This document shows positions 35,901 through 50,493 of a stretch of 64,000 nt of DNA, piece by piece. A program made the translations under genes and the position numbers. Numbering within the stretch: the first letter of the stretch is position 1; each line of letters opens with the position of its first letter. Source of the stretch: Macrostomum lignano (lineage: Eukaryota). A model generated the notes under the pieces. It did no database searches, was not told the DNA's origin, and saw nothing but the letters and a program-made list of their open reading frames with translations. The stretch lies in NCBI GenBank assembly GCA_002269645.1, contig NIVC01001482.1:1-64000 (forward strand). The letters are read 5' to 3'.

Positions 35901-38900
35901 ACAGATCATAGACAGGCCACAGACAATAGACAAACCATAGATCATAGACAGGCCACAGACAATAGACAAACCATAGCTCGTAGATCATAGACAGGCCACA
36001 GACAATAGACAAACCATAGACCATAGACAGGGCCACAGATGATAGACAAACACAGATCATAGACAGGCCACAGACAATAGACAAACCATAGATCATAGGC
36101 AGGCCACAGATGATAGACAAACCATAGATCATAGGCAGGCCACAGATGATAGACAAACCATAGATCGTAGGCAGGCCACAGATGATAGACAAACCATAGA
36201 TCATAGGCAGGCCACAGATGATAGACAAACCACAGATCATAGACAGGCCACAGACAATAGACAAACCATAGCTCGTAGATCATAGACAGGCCACAGACAA
36301 TAGACAAACCATAGATCATAGACAGGCCACAGATGATAGACAAACCATAGCTCGTAGATCATAGACAGGCCACAGACAATAGACAAACCATAGATCATAG
36401 ACAGGCCACAGATGATAGACAAACCACAGATCATAGACAGGCCACAGACAATAGACAAACCATAGCTCGTAGATCATAGACAGGCCACAGACAATAGACA
36501 AACCATAGACCATAGACAGGGCCACAGATGATAGACAAACACAGATCATAGACAGGCCACAGACAATAGACAAACCATAGATCATAGACAGGCCACAGAT
36601 GATAGACAAACCACAGATCATAGACAGGCCACAGACAATAGACAAACCGTAGCTCGTAGATCATAGACAGGCCACAGACAATAGACAAACCATAGACCAT
36701 AGACAGGCCACAGACAATAGACAAACCATAGCTCGTAGATCATAGACAGGCCACAGATGATAGACAAACCACAGATCATAGACAGGCCACAGACAATAGA
36801 CAAACCATAGCTCGTAGATCATAGACAGGCCACAGACAATAGACAAACCATAGACCATAGACAGGGCCACAGATGATAGACAAACACAGATCATAGACAG
36901 GCCACAGACAATAGACAAACCATAGCTCGTAGATCATAGACAGGCCACAGACAATAGACAAACCATAGACCATAGACAGGGCCACAGATGATAGACAAAC
37001 ACAGATCATAGACAGGCCACAGACAATAGACAAACCATAGACCATAGACAGGGCCACAGATGATAGACAAACACAGATCATAGACAGGCCACAGACAATG
37101 GACAAACCATAGATCATAGGCAGGCCACAGATGATAGACAAACCATAGATCATAGGCAGGCCACAGATGATAGACAAACCATAGATCATAGGCAGGCCAC
37201 AGATGATAGACAAACCATAGATCATAGGCAGGCCACAGACAATAGACAAACCATAGATCATAGGCAGGCCACAGATGATAGACAAACCACAGATCATAGA
37301 CAGGCCACAGACAATAGACAAACCATAGCTCGTAGATCATAGACAGGCCACAGACAATAGACAAACCATAGATCATAGACAGGCCACAGATGATAGACAA
37401 ACCATAGCTCGTAGATCATAGACAGGCCACAGACAATAGACAAACCATAGACCATAGACAGGGCCACAGATGATAGACAAACACAGATCATAGACAGGCC
37501 ACAGACAATAGACAAACCATAGACCATAGACAGGGCCACAGATGATAGACAAACACAGATCATAGACAGGCCACAGACAATGGACAAACCATAGATCATA
37601 GGCAGGCCACAGATGATAGACAAACCATAGATCATAGGCAGGCCACAGATGATAGACAAACCATAGATCATAGGCAGGCCACAGATGATAGACAAACCAT
37701 AGATCATAGGCAGGCCACAGACAATAGACAAACCATAGATCATAGGCAGGCCACAGATGATAGACAAACCACAGATCATAGACAGGCCACAGACAATAGA
37801 CAAACCATAGCTCGTAGATCATAGACAGGCCACAGACAATAGACAAACCATAGACCATAGACAGGGCCACAGATGATAGACAAACACAGATCATAGACAG
37901 GCCACAGACAATAGACAAACCATAGATCATAGACAGGCCACAGATGATAGACAAACCATAGATCATAGACAGGCCACAGACAATAGACAAACCATAGCTC
38001 GTAGATCATAGACAGGCCACAGACAATAGACAAACCATAGACCATAGACAGGGCCACAGATGATAGACAAACACAGATCATAGACAGGCCACAGACAATA
38101 GACAAACCATAGATCATAGGCAGGCCACAGATGATAGACAAACTATAGATCATAGGCAGGCCACAGATGATAGACAAACCATAGATCATAGGCAGGCCAC
38201 AGATGATAGACAAACCACAGATCATAGACAGGCCACAGACAATAGACAAACCATAGCTCGTAGATCATAGACAGGCCACAGACAATAGACAAACCATAGA
38301 TCATAGAAGGGCCACAGATGATAGACAAACCATAGCTCGTAGATCATAGACAGGCCACAGACAATAGACAAACCATAGATCATAGACAGGCCACAGATGA
38401 TAGACAAACCACAGATCATAGACAGGCCACAGACAATAGACAAACCATAGCTCGTAGATCATAGACAGGCCACAGACAATAGACAAACCATAGACCATAG
38501 ACAGGGCCACAGATGATAGACAAACACAGATCATAGACAGGCCACAGACAATAGACAAACCATAGATCATAGACAGGCCACAGATGATAGACAAACCACA
38601 GATCATAGACAGGCCACAGACAATAGACAAACCGTAGCTCGTAGATCATAGACAGGCCACAGACAATAGACAAACCATAGACCATAGACAGGCCACAGAC
38701 AATAGACAAACCATAGCTCGTAGATCATAGACAGGCCACAGATGATAGACAAACCACAGATCATAGACAGGCCACAGACAATAGACAAACCATAGCTCGT
38801 AGATCATAGACAGGCCACAGATGATAGACAAACCACAGATCATAGACAGGCCACAGACAATAGACAAACCATAGCTCGTAGATCATAGACAGGCCACAGA

Positions 38901-40710
38901 CAATAGACAAACCATAGACCATAGACAGGGCCACAGATGATAGACAAACACAGATCATAGACAGGCCACAGACAATAGACAAACCATAGATCATAGACAG
39001 GCCACAGACAATAGACAAACCATAGCTCGTAGATCATAGACAGGCCACAGACAATAGACAAACCATAGACCATAGACAGGGCCACAGATGATAGACAAAC
39101 ACAGATCATAGACAGGCCACAGACAATAGACAAACCATAGATCATAGGCAGGCCACAGATGATAGACAAACCATAGATCATAGGCAGGCCACAGATGATA
39201 GACAAACCACAGATCATAGACAGGCCACAGACAATAGACAAACCATAGCTCGTAGATCATAGACAGGCCACAGACAATAGACAAACCATAGACCATAGAC
39301 AGGGCCACAGATGATAGACAAACACAGATCATAGACAGGCCACAGACAATAGACAAACCATAGATCATAGACAGGCCACAGATGATAGACAAACCACAGA
39401 TCATAGACAGGCCACAGACAATAGACAAACCGTAGCTCGTAGATCATAGACAGGCCACAGACAATAGACAAACCATAGACCATAGACAGGCCACAGACAA
39501 TAGACAAACCATAGCTCGTAGATCATAGACAGGCCACAGATGATAGACAAACCACAGATGATAGACAGGCCACAGACAATAGACAAACCATAGCTCGTAG
39601 ATCATAGACAGGCCACAGACAATAGACAAACCATAGACCATAGACAGGGCCACAGATGATGGACAAACACAGATCATAGACAGGCCACAGACAATAGACA
39701 AACCATAGATCATAGACAGGCCACAGACAATAGACAAACCATAGCTCGTAGATCATAGACAGGCCACAGATGATAGACAAACCACAGATCATAGACAGGC
39801 CACAGACAATAGACAAACCGTAGCTCGTAGATCATAGACAGGCCACAGACAATAGACAAACCATAGACCATAGACAGGCCACAGACAATAGACAAACCAT
39901 AGCTCGTAGATCATAGACAGGCCACAGATGATAGACAAACCACAGATCATAGACAGGCCACAGACAATAGACAAACCATAGCTCGTAGATCATAGACAGG
40001 CCACAGACAATAGACAAACCATAGACCATGGACAGGGCCACAGATGATAGACAAACACAGATCATAGACAGGCCACAGACAATAGACAAACCATAGATCA
40101 TAGACAGGCCACAGATGATAGACAAACCACAGATCATAGACAGGCCACAGACAATAGACAAACCATAGCTCGTAGATCATAGACAGGCCACAGACAATAG
40201 ACAAACCATAGACCATAGACAGGCCACAGACAATAGACAAACCATAGCTCGTAGATCATAGACAGGCCACAGACAATAGACAAACCATAGCTCGTAGATC
40301 ATAGACAGGCCACAGACAATAGACAAACCATAGACCATAGACAGGGCCACAGATGATAGACAAACACAGATCATAGACAGGCCACAGACGATAGACAAAC
40401 CATAGACCATAGATAGGCCACAGACGATAGACAAACCATAGACCATAGACAGGCCACAGACGATAGACAAACCATAGACCATAGACAGGGCCACAGACGA
40501 TAGACAAACCATAGACCATAGACAGGCCACAGACAATAGACAAACCATAGATCATAGGCAGGCCACAGATGATAGACAAACTATAGATAACAGACAGGCC
40601 ACAGACAATAGACAAACCATAGATCATATAGACAGGCCACAGGCGATAGACAAACTATAGATAACAGACAGGCCACAGACAATAGACAAGCCATAGACCA
40701 TAGATAGGCC
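32915..40710. repeat. ~7.8-kb satellite of 35-43-bp monomers with higher-order repeats
   Basis: Units gatcatagacaggccacaga(caa/tga)tagacaaaccata(gctcgta). It accounts for all the MSIVCGL... ORFs. Confidence 0.98.
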
Positions 40711-41301
40711 ATCACAGCGACTGCATTCATCGTTTCTATCATATAGTTGAATAAAGCCATCTAAACGAGTGCAGTATGATCTCATTCATCTCAATCATTA
40801 ACACTACTGAACAACGAGCAGCACTGTAAATCTATAGAAAGCTACATGCTCAAACCGTGGGTTGGTCCTCCAATTATAATTACACCCAGTCTAGCTATAT
40901 GAGCAACATAGCGGGTCTATCAGTCACCTCTACTCAACCACGGAGCGCAACTACAGGCCCAGACGGTCTTTGTCGTAATCGTAAAGTGTAATCAGATGGA
41001 CCCTCGCTCCCGGATCACTGGACTGTGTCCCGACCACACTACAGTAGTCTGTACAATTGCTGCATGAAGGGTTGGTTAGATTAGGGCTAGATTAGCCAAT
41101 GCAAATTAAGTGATTAAGCCACTGCTAGGCCAGCTGGCGGGGGAACAGAGGGAAGTCGGGCTGGAGCAGGTTGACCCGCCTCTTCCCTCTGAAGCTTCCG
41201 CCAGTGCTAGAGTACTCCAGATTGGTGTGCACTGTGAGTCATTCAACATTCTTGGAGAGGCGTTTTTCACAAACGATATGACCTCGATATATTTTATATT
41301 T

Positions 41302-42037
<736 letters not shown>

Positions 42038-42517
42038 CAATTACCCGGGATTAGAAACAGGGGAATCCTATCTGCTCAAAGGGGAGTCTCCAATCGGTTA
42101 AAGGGCGGTACCAGCTCACGCAATTCACAAGCTGACAGAGATCTAGCATAAAAAGTCTAGATTCGCTGGAGCTCTCAATACAACTAGGCAGCAGTCCTGC
42201 ATGTCGTCTACACCCATTGTTGGGACAAGAGGGAAGACCTGGCTGCTCACTTGTGAGCAGGAAGGCACTTGTGAGCCTCCGGGGTGCCGGCTGACTATAG
42301 TCGCATAGCTGAGCCGGGGGTAGCTTCTTCACAGGAAAAAAGCACGAGGGTGGGAATAAAAAAGAGGAGGGGGTACTGCAGATCGGGATCAGAATGAGGC
42401 GCAATATGAGCATAGAAGGGAGCGGTCCAATGCAGGTTTATAACAAACACAGCGCCACTTTCTGAGAACTTGATGACTAATACAATTTTGCGAACGATAC
42501 CGCCAACTCAATTGAGC

Positions 42518-44442
42518 CATAGAATTCTAGATAACTAACTGGAAGAGAAGGCTCACTTTTTCGTGGGTCGAAAGCGGACACAACCGGGCCGAGTCATTTT
42601 AGCTTGTTTAAACGGCCTGCCTTTCCCTATCTTAGTCCCACTGACTAAGCGGGGTTTGAGGTGGGCAGGCTCTTCACAAGGCTTGGAAGTTTTTTTGTCC
42701 TAGACAGGAGAAAAACCCTTCGGAGGGGAAGGAAGATCCCCGGTAAATCAGTGCTGTTTTTTTGTCTGTGATGCACACGGGGTAACAGGCCCCCCACTTG
42801 AAAGCTGAACGCATGCACATTGGGTGTACATTTGCTCGCATGCTTTTGAGGATGCCTTCTCCACTTCACCCTAAATGAAAAATTTATAAAGATTCGATAT
42901 GATGCATGCTATATCAGAGACTATAGTCAGAGAAAAAGAATTGTTTATAAATACGCAGCTTACAACTACAGGTCTGGATCTGGATATGCAACTACAAATA
43001 AAAATCCAGCGGTTCAATCTTCAGGAGCAGAAAGCAGAATATTTTCTCATGTGCTTCCTTTGCATGATTTTCAACTATTTGAAGAATGGTCGCAACGAAT
43101 TTGAAGGGTAAACTACCAACCCAGGACAGAATCTCAACTGTGCTCGTTGCACTTTATTGCCACCGATTTTCACACAACGTCACAAGATTCTTAGTGAGCG
43201 CAGGAGAAACAGCGACACTCTGAATAAGGAATGATGGTGTGCCGGTGTGCCCTCCATACAACAACAAAATGCGCTGTCAGCCATTCCAGCGAGTCATGGT
43301 CATGAGAGACAAGGACAACGTCACACGTTTCAGGGCCTGGGCGCGAACCGCCGGCCGCACAGCCGGCAGAGTCCGGGGCGCCGGCATTAGCCGGCAAGAA
43401 GTCGACGAAACACAGACTGCGCGCCTGTCCCCGCCGGTAGGGTGCCTGCAGCGACAGCAGCAGCACTTCCTGCACCGGCTGTGGACTTTAGGACTCGGCT
43501 CGGATGATGTGGCCTGCCAGCTGGAGTCGTGAACGGCGCAAAAGTTTGCTGGGAAGGGACAGGCCAGTGCGGCGATAGAGCCCGCATTGGTGACGTGCTC
43601 GCAGCCGATCTTAAAGACAGGCCAGCGTGCGCCGCATTGACCTGCTGTTCGAGCGAATCCGTCAGTGTCCAGGTCTCGGTGTTGTACAACAGGACGGTCT
43701 CGATCACCGCCTTGAACAACGCCGCCCTCTGGCCGTCAGGCAGGGCCTCGGACTGCAGGACAGCCCTCACGAAACGGAAGGCAACCCAAGCAAGTCCACG
43801 GCGACGTGCTAGGTCCTCTGGAACATCAAGCACCATGGTCTGCAGACCGCCGAGGCAGACGAACTGCTGACAGTGCGGAAGCTTCGACACCTGCCTGTCA
43901 GCGTCTCGGTATTCGAAGCACGACGGTCTTCTGCGTGTTGACCCCCAGGCCGACGCTCGCAGCAACGCTCACAAGCTGGTCCAGCTGGCGCTGGGCGCGT
44001 TCGACGGTCGGCAGGAAGAGACTCGACGAAATCGTCGAGTTTGACCGCGATGCATCAGGTGAAATCGATCGCCGGAAAGTACCGCGATGCAGTGGCGATG
44101 GTACCGCGATGCATCTTCTTCATAGATTAGATTAAGCAGCTAATTTATGTTCATACTATGATTTTTTACTGATCCTATGTGTTTACTTTGCGGCTTTGCA
44201 AAAATATTAGTTTTGTTAAGATATGTCACAAATACCTTTAGAAACTCTTAATAAGCACTGACTTGTTAATTAAAAAAATAAACTTAAAGAATTAAATATA
44301 CTCTTAATAACAGCAGCCAATTATTAGTGAAAACATTAGTGTTGAATAAGGCAGCCAGAAAACATGCAGGCTCCCACTCGGCCCGGTTGTGTCCGCCCCC
44401 CAAAAAAGCCTTCGCTTCCAGTTAGTTTTCTAGAATTCTATG
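42518..44442. mobile_element. P-element-like non-autonomous DNA transposon (1925 bp)
   Basis: 36-bp TIR CATAGAATTCTAGA(T/A)AACTAACTGGAAG(A/C)GAAGGCT (34/36). Inner 21-bp perfect IR at 42574-94 / 44376-96. 7-bp TSD ATTGAGC. CANRG termini with a 7-8-bp TSD are the P-superfamily signature. Confidence 0.8.
43190..44040 (-). pseudogene. 5'-truncated, decayed RTE-clade non-LTR retrotransposon (RT C-terminus)
   Basis: Frameshifted pieces AQRQLDQLVSVAASVGLGVNTQKT, LARRRGLAWVAF, LFKAVIETVLLYNTETWTLT and RLQLAGHIIR are typical of RTE-type RTs. Internal stops present. Confidence 0.85.
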
Positions 44443-47131
44443 ATTGAGCAGTGTTGAATTGAGTCAATGAGTCAATGAGTCAATGCCAGGCGCTGCGAAG
44501 AAATGCGTTGATGTATTTTGCGACAGATGAGTAGATGTACTCGAGCAGGTCAGTCTAAAACTCTTAGAGGCATGCAAACTAAGACTCGGCAAGTTCAACC
44601 TCAGAGACCTGCTGGTGCGACTCCAGCTGGTAGGTCTTTTGTCTCAACTGCCTGCTGGCTGAGGTCTCAGACACTGGTTCTAAGAGGTTCTTCGATGGTA
44701 ATGGGTGTTTGGTGGAGACAATGGTGGTAAAATCATTTCTACTCGTAGGACCACCATAGTACTATAGCAGCTTTGTGAGTCTGTAAAGCTTTCTAAAGCC
44801 TAAATACTTAATAAAATATGTTAGAGTCAGGTATGCCCAGTACGAGTACATGCTCCCTACGTCGTTGGAAATACAACGAAATTTGAGAGCCTAAAAACCT
44901 CCCAAAATCCCAACTGCGGATCGCTAACTGCAGTAATCCACAGACCCTACACTTTTCTGTTTACTTAATCAATCTCCTATTCCACCTGCAAAAGTGCCTG
45001 GCGAGTATATCCTTGAAGGTTATTAGCATAGCCTTGGTTGCTAGGGCTGGTTGCTAGGGCGAGTCTATTGAGGTCGTTAATTTTTCATGCCTACATCAGC
45101 TCCCAGGTGGATTGGCAGGGCGAGATTTGATAAAAACCAGCAAGTCTTCGCTGCATAATAAGGTACGTTAGAGACTGCATCCGTCGTATACCAGCCTCTA
45201 GGGCGACGAACTTAACGAAAAATTCAAGCCAGAGGGACTTCAGCGAACAAAAGAACCCTTGAACTTGCGGAATGGAATGCCTATTTAGATTTATTTTTCT
45301 TTAGCAGCGTCCTGCCTGCAGCTGGTCCAAGACTTCCCCCTCTTGATCAGTTGCAGCCTTCAATCAACTCTGCTTCTTTTCAGACCGTTTTTTACGAGTG
45401 AAATTTCTTTCCGGTGGACAATAATTCACAGTCCGAGCACTTTGACCCGCTGTTCACCTCAATCTCACCATTGTGGCCTACAGTTGTAGCCATTCCATTC
45501 TAAAAAAACATTTGCATTTTAATGCAGCGCGGGCCCTTTAATTATCATATGAGTCATTTGGTTGGAATTCGTTTAACTTCTTCCAGCGCATCGCAACTCT
45601 CGAGGCCTCGCGAATGTGTTTCTGTATGGCTACCGATAAATGCAATGCAATGTATCTAACAATGCCGACTGCAGAGCAATACCCAGAGACTGAGTCCCGG
45701 GTGAGTAATACCCCGGCCTCTACGAGTCCAGCTACAGGTCTAGAGAATTCGTGACCCCGCCCAATCGGCCGAGGGTATCGAGTAATGAGCTCGCGGAGAG
45801 AGAAGGATTAGAGAGAGGGGGAGAAGGCGAATGAAAATAGACGTCTGGACCTACCGAATACTATGCGACTACTTCGTGGGCGGACGGATGTACAGTTGAG
45901 CATCTGTCCCCGCGCACCTTGCCACTGCTCCTGTACAAGCCGTACCGCCTATGAGTCACTAAGGTAGAGGTAAAAACCAGACAGAGGAGAAAAAGATTTT
46001 GTGTGAGGCCATTAGCGCTGGATAGGGACGAGAGGATGGGACGAAGCGGTCGGGAAAAGATCGGCTTATATGTCTAATCCCTGCCCAGAGGCTTGCATTG
46101 CTAGGGGTAAACAAACCTCTTTAAACAGATTCACATTATGTTGTACAGAAAACATTATATTAGCAAACACCATACTAATTATAATTCTCTTTGATGTGCT
46201 ATGAAACATTAGTGGCTGGTTACCTGTGTGTAAATGGTATTTGGCATTCGATCACTCTTCCACCGGCGGAAATTTGAATTCGAGGGCTGCAGACTTCCTG
46301 TTTGTCCTGACAGTTCTGATTAAATTCAACACAAAGGACAAACTTGAAATTTTAATTAATACTTTGGGCATCTTTTGAATTGTACCTGAGGCTTGCATGT
46401 CAGTCTGCATGTTCGTTGTTAGTTGGACCGAGTCCAAAAAGTGTGCCCCGCGAGCAATCCTACCTGTAATTTACGTTGGAGAGTAATTTAATAATTTGCT
46501 GCGAGCTTCGTTACGAAGCCCGCCAAATCGCTATGATTTCGCTGAAGAAATCCTTCTGCGCCAATTACGAATTAGAGGGAAAAAGGAAACGTGAATGTTT
46601 TTAGATTTTCCGCCGCTTTTGATCGTCTGAAGTTCATTTAACTGGGCCGCTGTAGCGTTGCGAAAAAGCGCGGCAAATTGGACGCGACGAGTAATCGATC
46701 ATTCCTGGCCGCGTCACTTCGGGCCTCTCCCGGCTCAGAGCCAAACATTCCCAAGGGGGCACTTATTGCGGGAAAAAACAGAGATAACAAACTGCGAAAG
46801 AGCTCGGCCTTGGCCTCGTCCCCGTAGCTGCTTGAGGTGAGGTTAACAAAACCAACGCAAATGCAAAGTGCAAATTTACCTCGCAACGGCGAGTGGTTCT
46901 TTTCCAGGCAAGATCTTTCTTCTTACCATAGTTTCCTTGACCTCCCCTGGAAAGGTAGTGCCCCCATCTCAATTCAAGGGGGGTCAGCTGCGTCCTCTGC
47001 CCACCCTCTGCAGTGCAACCATTTCTATGCCAACCAATCCACTATGATTCATTCACCCGTTCTAAAGATTCAAAATTCCCAAAATTCAGAATTCCCAAAT
47101 CACTGCACTAGTTCAGAAAATACGCTTTCCT

Positions 47132-47145
47132 GTTGCCATAGAAAC
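47132..47145. promoter_or_regulatory. X-box-like motif GTTGCCATAGAAAC
   Basis: Fits the RTHNYY-WT-RRNRAC RFX consensus. No linked gene identified. Confidence 0.25.
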
Positions 47146-47415
47146 CAACACTTACGTGAAGCAGAGAATATAAGCAGTGAAAAATAGCCAGAGCACGTAA
47201 TAAATTCTGATTCTATTCATTTCTCATCGAGCCCAGCTCCCTAGAGTTATCCCACTCATCGCATTGCCCCATTGTATCGTCACACACTCTGCTTCTGATA
47301 CTCACGATTCCCTATTGTCTTTATTTTCTGCATTTTGCTTTCAATACAAACGGGTGAATATTTCCTACACTGCAGCGCAACCCGCCTGTCTGGCTGTACC
47401 AGGGGTGAGGCGGTT

Positions 47416-48173
47416 GGCGCCCCTGGTGCTGGCGCCCCTGGTGCTGGCGCCCCTGGTGCTGGCGCCCCTGGTGCTGGCGCCCCTGGTGCTGGCGCCCCTG
47501 GTGCTGGCGCCCCTGGTGCTGGCGCCCCTGGTGCTGGCGCCCCTGGTGCTGGCGCCCCTGGTGCTGGCGCCCCTGGTGCTGGCGCCCCTGGTGCTGGCGC
47601 CCCTGGTGCTGGCGCCCCTGGTGCTGGCGCCCCTGGTGCTGGCGCCCCTGGTGCTGGCGCCCCTGGTGCTGGCGCCCCTGGTGCTGGCGCCCCTGGTGCT
47701 GGCGCCCCTGGTGCTGGCGCCCCTGGTGCTGGCGCCCCTGGTGCTGGCGCCCCTGGTGCTGGCGCCCCTGGTGCTGGCGCCCCTGGTGCTGGCGCCCCTG
47801 GTGCTGGCGCCCCTGGTGCTGGCGCCCCTGGTGCTGGCGCCCCTGGTGCTGGCGCCCCTGGTGCTGGCGCCCCTGGTGCTGGCGCCCCTGGTGCTGGCGC
47901 CCCTGGTGCTGGCGCCCCTGGTGCTGGCGCCCCTGGTGCTGGCGCCCCTGGTGCTGGCGCCCCTGGTGCTGGCGCCCCTGGTGCTGGCGCCCCTGGTGCT
48001 GGCGCCCCTGGTGCTGGCGCCCCTGGTGCTGGCGCCCCTGGTGCTGGCGCCCCTGGTGCTGGCGCCCCTGGTGCTGGCGCCCCTGGTGCTGGCGCCCCTG
48101 GTGCTGGCGCCCCTGGTGCTGGCGCCCCTGGTGCTGGCGCCCCTGGTGCTGGCGCCCCTGGTGCTGGCGCCCC
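47416..48173. repeat. Perfect 15-bp tandem array, 50 identical copies
   Basis: (GGCGCCCCTGGTGCT)50 at 47416-48165 plus an 8-bp partial unit. Confidence 0.98.
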
Positions 48174-48860
48174 ATACCAGGATTTCTCATTCGAGTGGGC
48201 GCCAGTACCAGGACGCCAAAGCCATACTGTTAGGGGCGCCAGCGCCATATACTTTTAGAGTTCAGAGCTTGGGCGACCGGTGAGCCCCACCAGCCATACC
48301 TCTGGTCCTCAATGCTTTTCTTAGCAGCAATCACTGATCTCGTCATAATCCCGTCAAATGCGGCTGAAGAAGAGTAGGCAATCCAGGCAAATTCCTGGAT
48401 TATAACTGTTGAGTGCGCCAAAAAATAGTATTTCCTGGTAACAATAGATCTTGAATTATTTCATAAAAACGCCTGCAAGCACAGACGGGCCCAGAAGGAT
48501 TAAAACATTCGCGCTAGAAATTCAATCCAAAAAAGCAACGCCTTCGGGGCAACATCTGATTCGGAAACTCAACGGCAAAAGCATGCCACAAGCGGCGGCT
48601 CAGACAGCTTAAAACTGCATGGTCTCTCGGGCTGGGCCGCGCTGTGGGGGCGGCGTACGATTGCGCCACGAGCCTCGGCAATGAAATTCAATAGTCTGCC
48701 GCGGCATAGACAAACAGAGGGAGTGAGTCATGCTCTTTCGGTTGTTGCTTCTAATAGAGAGCTGCGCAGACAAAGCCGGTGAGCTGACGTGGCTTTTCCA
48801 TTACATGTAAATTGCCTTTCTATGCCAAGCAGGTGTAGACGACAGGTAGCGATGCGAATA

Positions 48861-49012
<152 letters not shown>

Positions 49013-50000
49013 TGCTGTGCGCCCCTTCGGTCTGTCTTTCTGTCTGTCAGTCTGTCTGTCTGTGCTATGTTTTTGTTTCATTTTGCCTGGTAATAGTACA
49101 AGCTTATAAATCTATAAGAACGTGTGAGCAGAAAATCTCAACTCAGGGCTCCTCCCCTAACAAATTCAATTTTGGTGTTTTTGAGCACAAGTGCTCAACG
49201 TTGGACCTCGAGTCGGAGTTGGCTGATAAATTACACCTAGAAATGGCTGGGAAGGATCTGCAGGCCTTCAGTCCGATACCCAACAGCTGCTGCAGGGCTG
49301 GCCCTCTTCTTTCTCTTTCTTTTCACGCGAGCCCAACTGGCAGTGCCTTTGCTTTTCTTGCCTTTGTTCGTCTTTTAGAAGCTTTTCTTGTTTTGAATGA
49401 GAGGCCTTGTTAGACTTGGGTGTCCATGCAGGAAAGCTGCCTTCACACTTGGCCGCGCTGTTCCCCCTGAGCCGTAGTTGCAGCTGACGAGATCCTTCAG
49501 CATCGACGAAGGACTGCACTCAGAGCGACAGCTTGATTAGGGAGAGGTGGAGAGGGAGAGTGATGCTGGGGACTCTGATGAAGATGCTCAATAAAAGAAG
49601 GAACCCTTTTCTTTCCGATGAATAAAGCTTTGGATAGCAGAGTTACGTGGGTGGCCATCCGACCCTTTCTTAGGCCCTGAATCGCATTGCGCGCATAAAG
49701 CAAGCGATGGGGCTCATTAATTATTAATGAGGCCTTTGTTCCAACCCCGCGGAGGCCGCCCGCCAACCAGTAGAGGCCTTTGCGTCAGCCCCGCCGCCTG
49801 CAGTGTGCAGCAGCGGAGTGAGTCAATGGGCTAGCGAAGCATGAGCAGGATTTTGTGTACAACCCTGCTTCAATGGGTTTTAATTCTATATAGCGGTGCA
49901 GGACCTGGTTGAGGTTGTAAAACTGGTGCTAGCTAGTTAAGATGCTCTGCCAATTAGTGCTGCTGCCGTTGGGTGCTTAGCGGATAACCTGGCTGAGTGG

Positions 50001-50493
50001 AGTAGAGATGAGGGTAAGGGAGAATGCACAGGTGAGAGTAGATTTGAGGGAGAATACACAGGTGAGAGTAGATATGATGGAGAATACACAGGTGAGAGTA
50101 GAGATGAGAGAGAATGCACAGGTGAGAGTAGAGATGAGAGAGAATGCACAGGTGAGAGTAGAGATGAGGGAGAATGCACAGGTGAGAGTAGAGATGAGAG
50201 AGAATGCACAGGTGAGAGTCGAGATGAGAGAGAATGCACAGGTGAGAGTAGAGATGAGGGAGAATGCACAGGTGAGAGTAGAGATGAGGGAGAATGCACA
50301 GGAGAGTAGAGATGAGAGAGAATGCACAGGTGAGAGTAGAGATGAGAGAGAATGCACAGGTGAGAGTAGAGATGAGGGAGAATGCACAGGTGAGAGTAGA
50401 GATGAGGGAGAATGCACAGGTGAGAGTAGAGATGAGAGAGAATGCACAGGTGAGAGTAGAGATGAGAGAGAATGCACAGGTGAGAGTAGAGAT
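50001..50493. repeat. 30-bp purine-rich minisatellite
   Basis: Unit gagatgag(a/g)gagaatgcacaggtgagagta, about 16 copies. Confidence 0.95.

Noticed and set aside
32792-40627. Dozens of hydrophobic MSIVCGL... ORFs
   Set aside because: Satellite translation artefacts.
42600-43150. THAP or transposase remnant inside the P-like element
   Set aside because: Only a vague ICSHAF string was found, with no C2CH signature or catalytic motifs.
47264-48283. Collagen/elastin-like GAPGA and GAPAP ORFs
   Set aside because: Translation of a perfect 15-bp repeat that is open in every frame, with no Gly-X-Y period or splice context.
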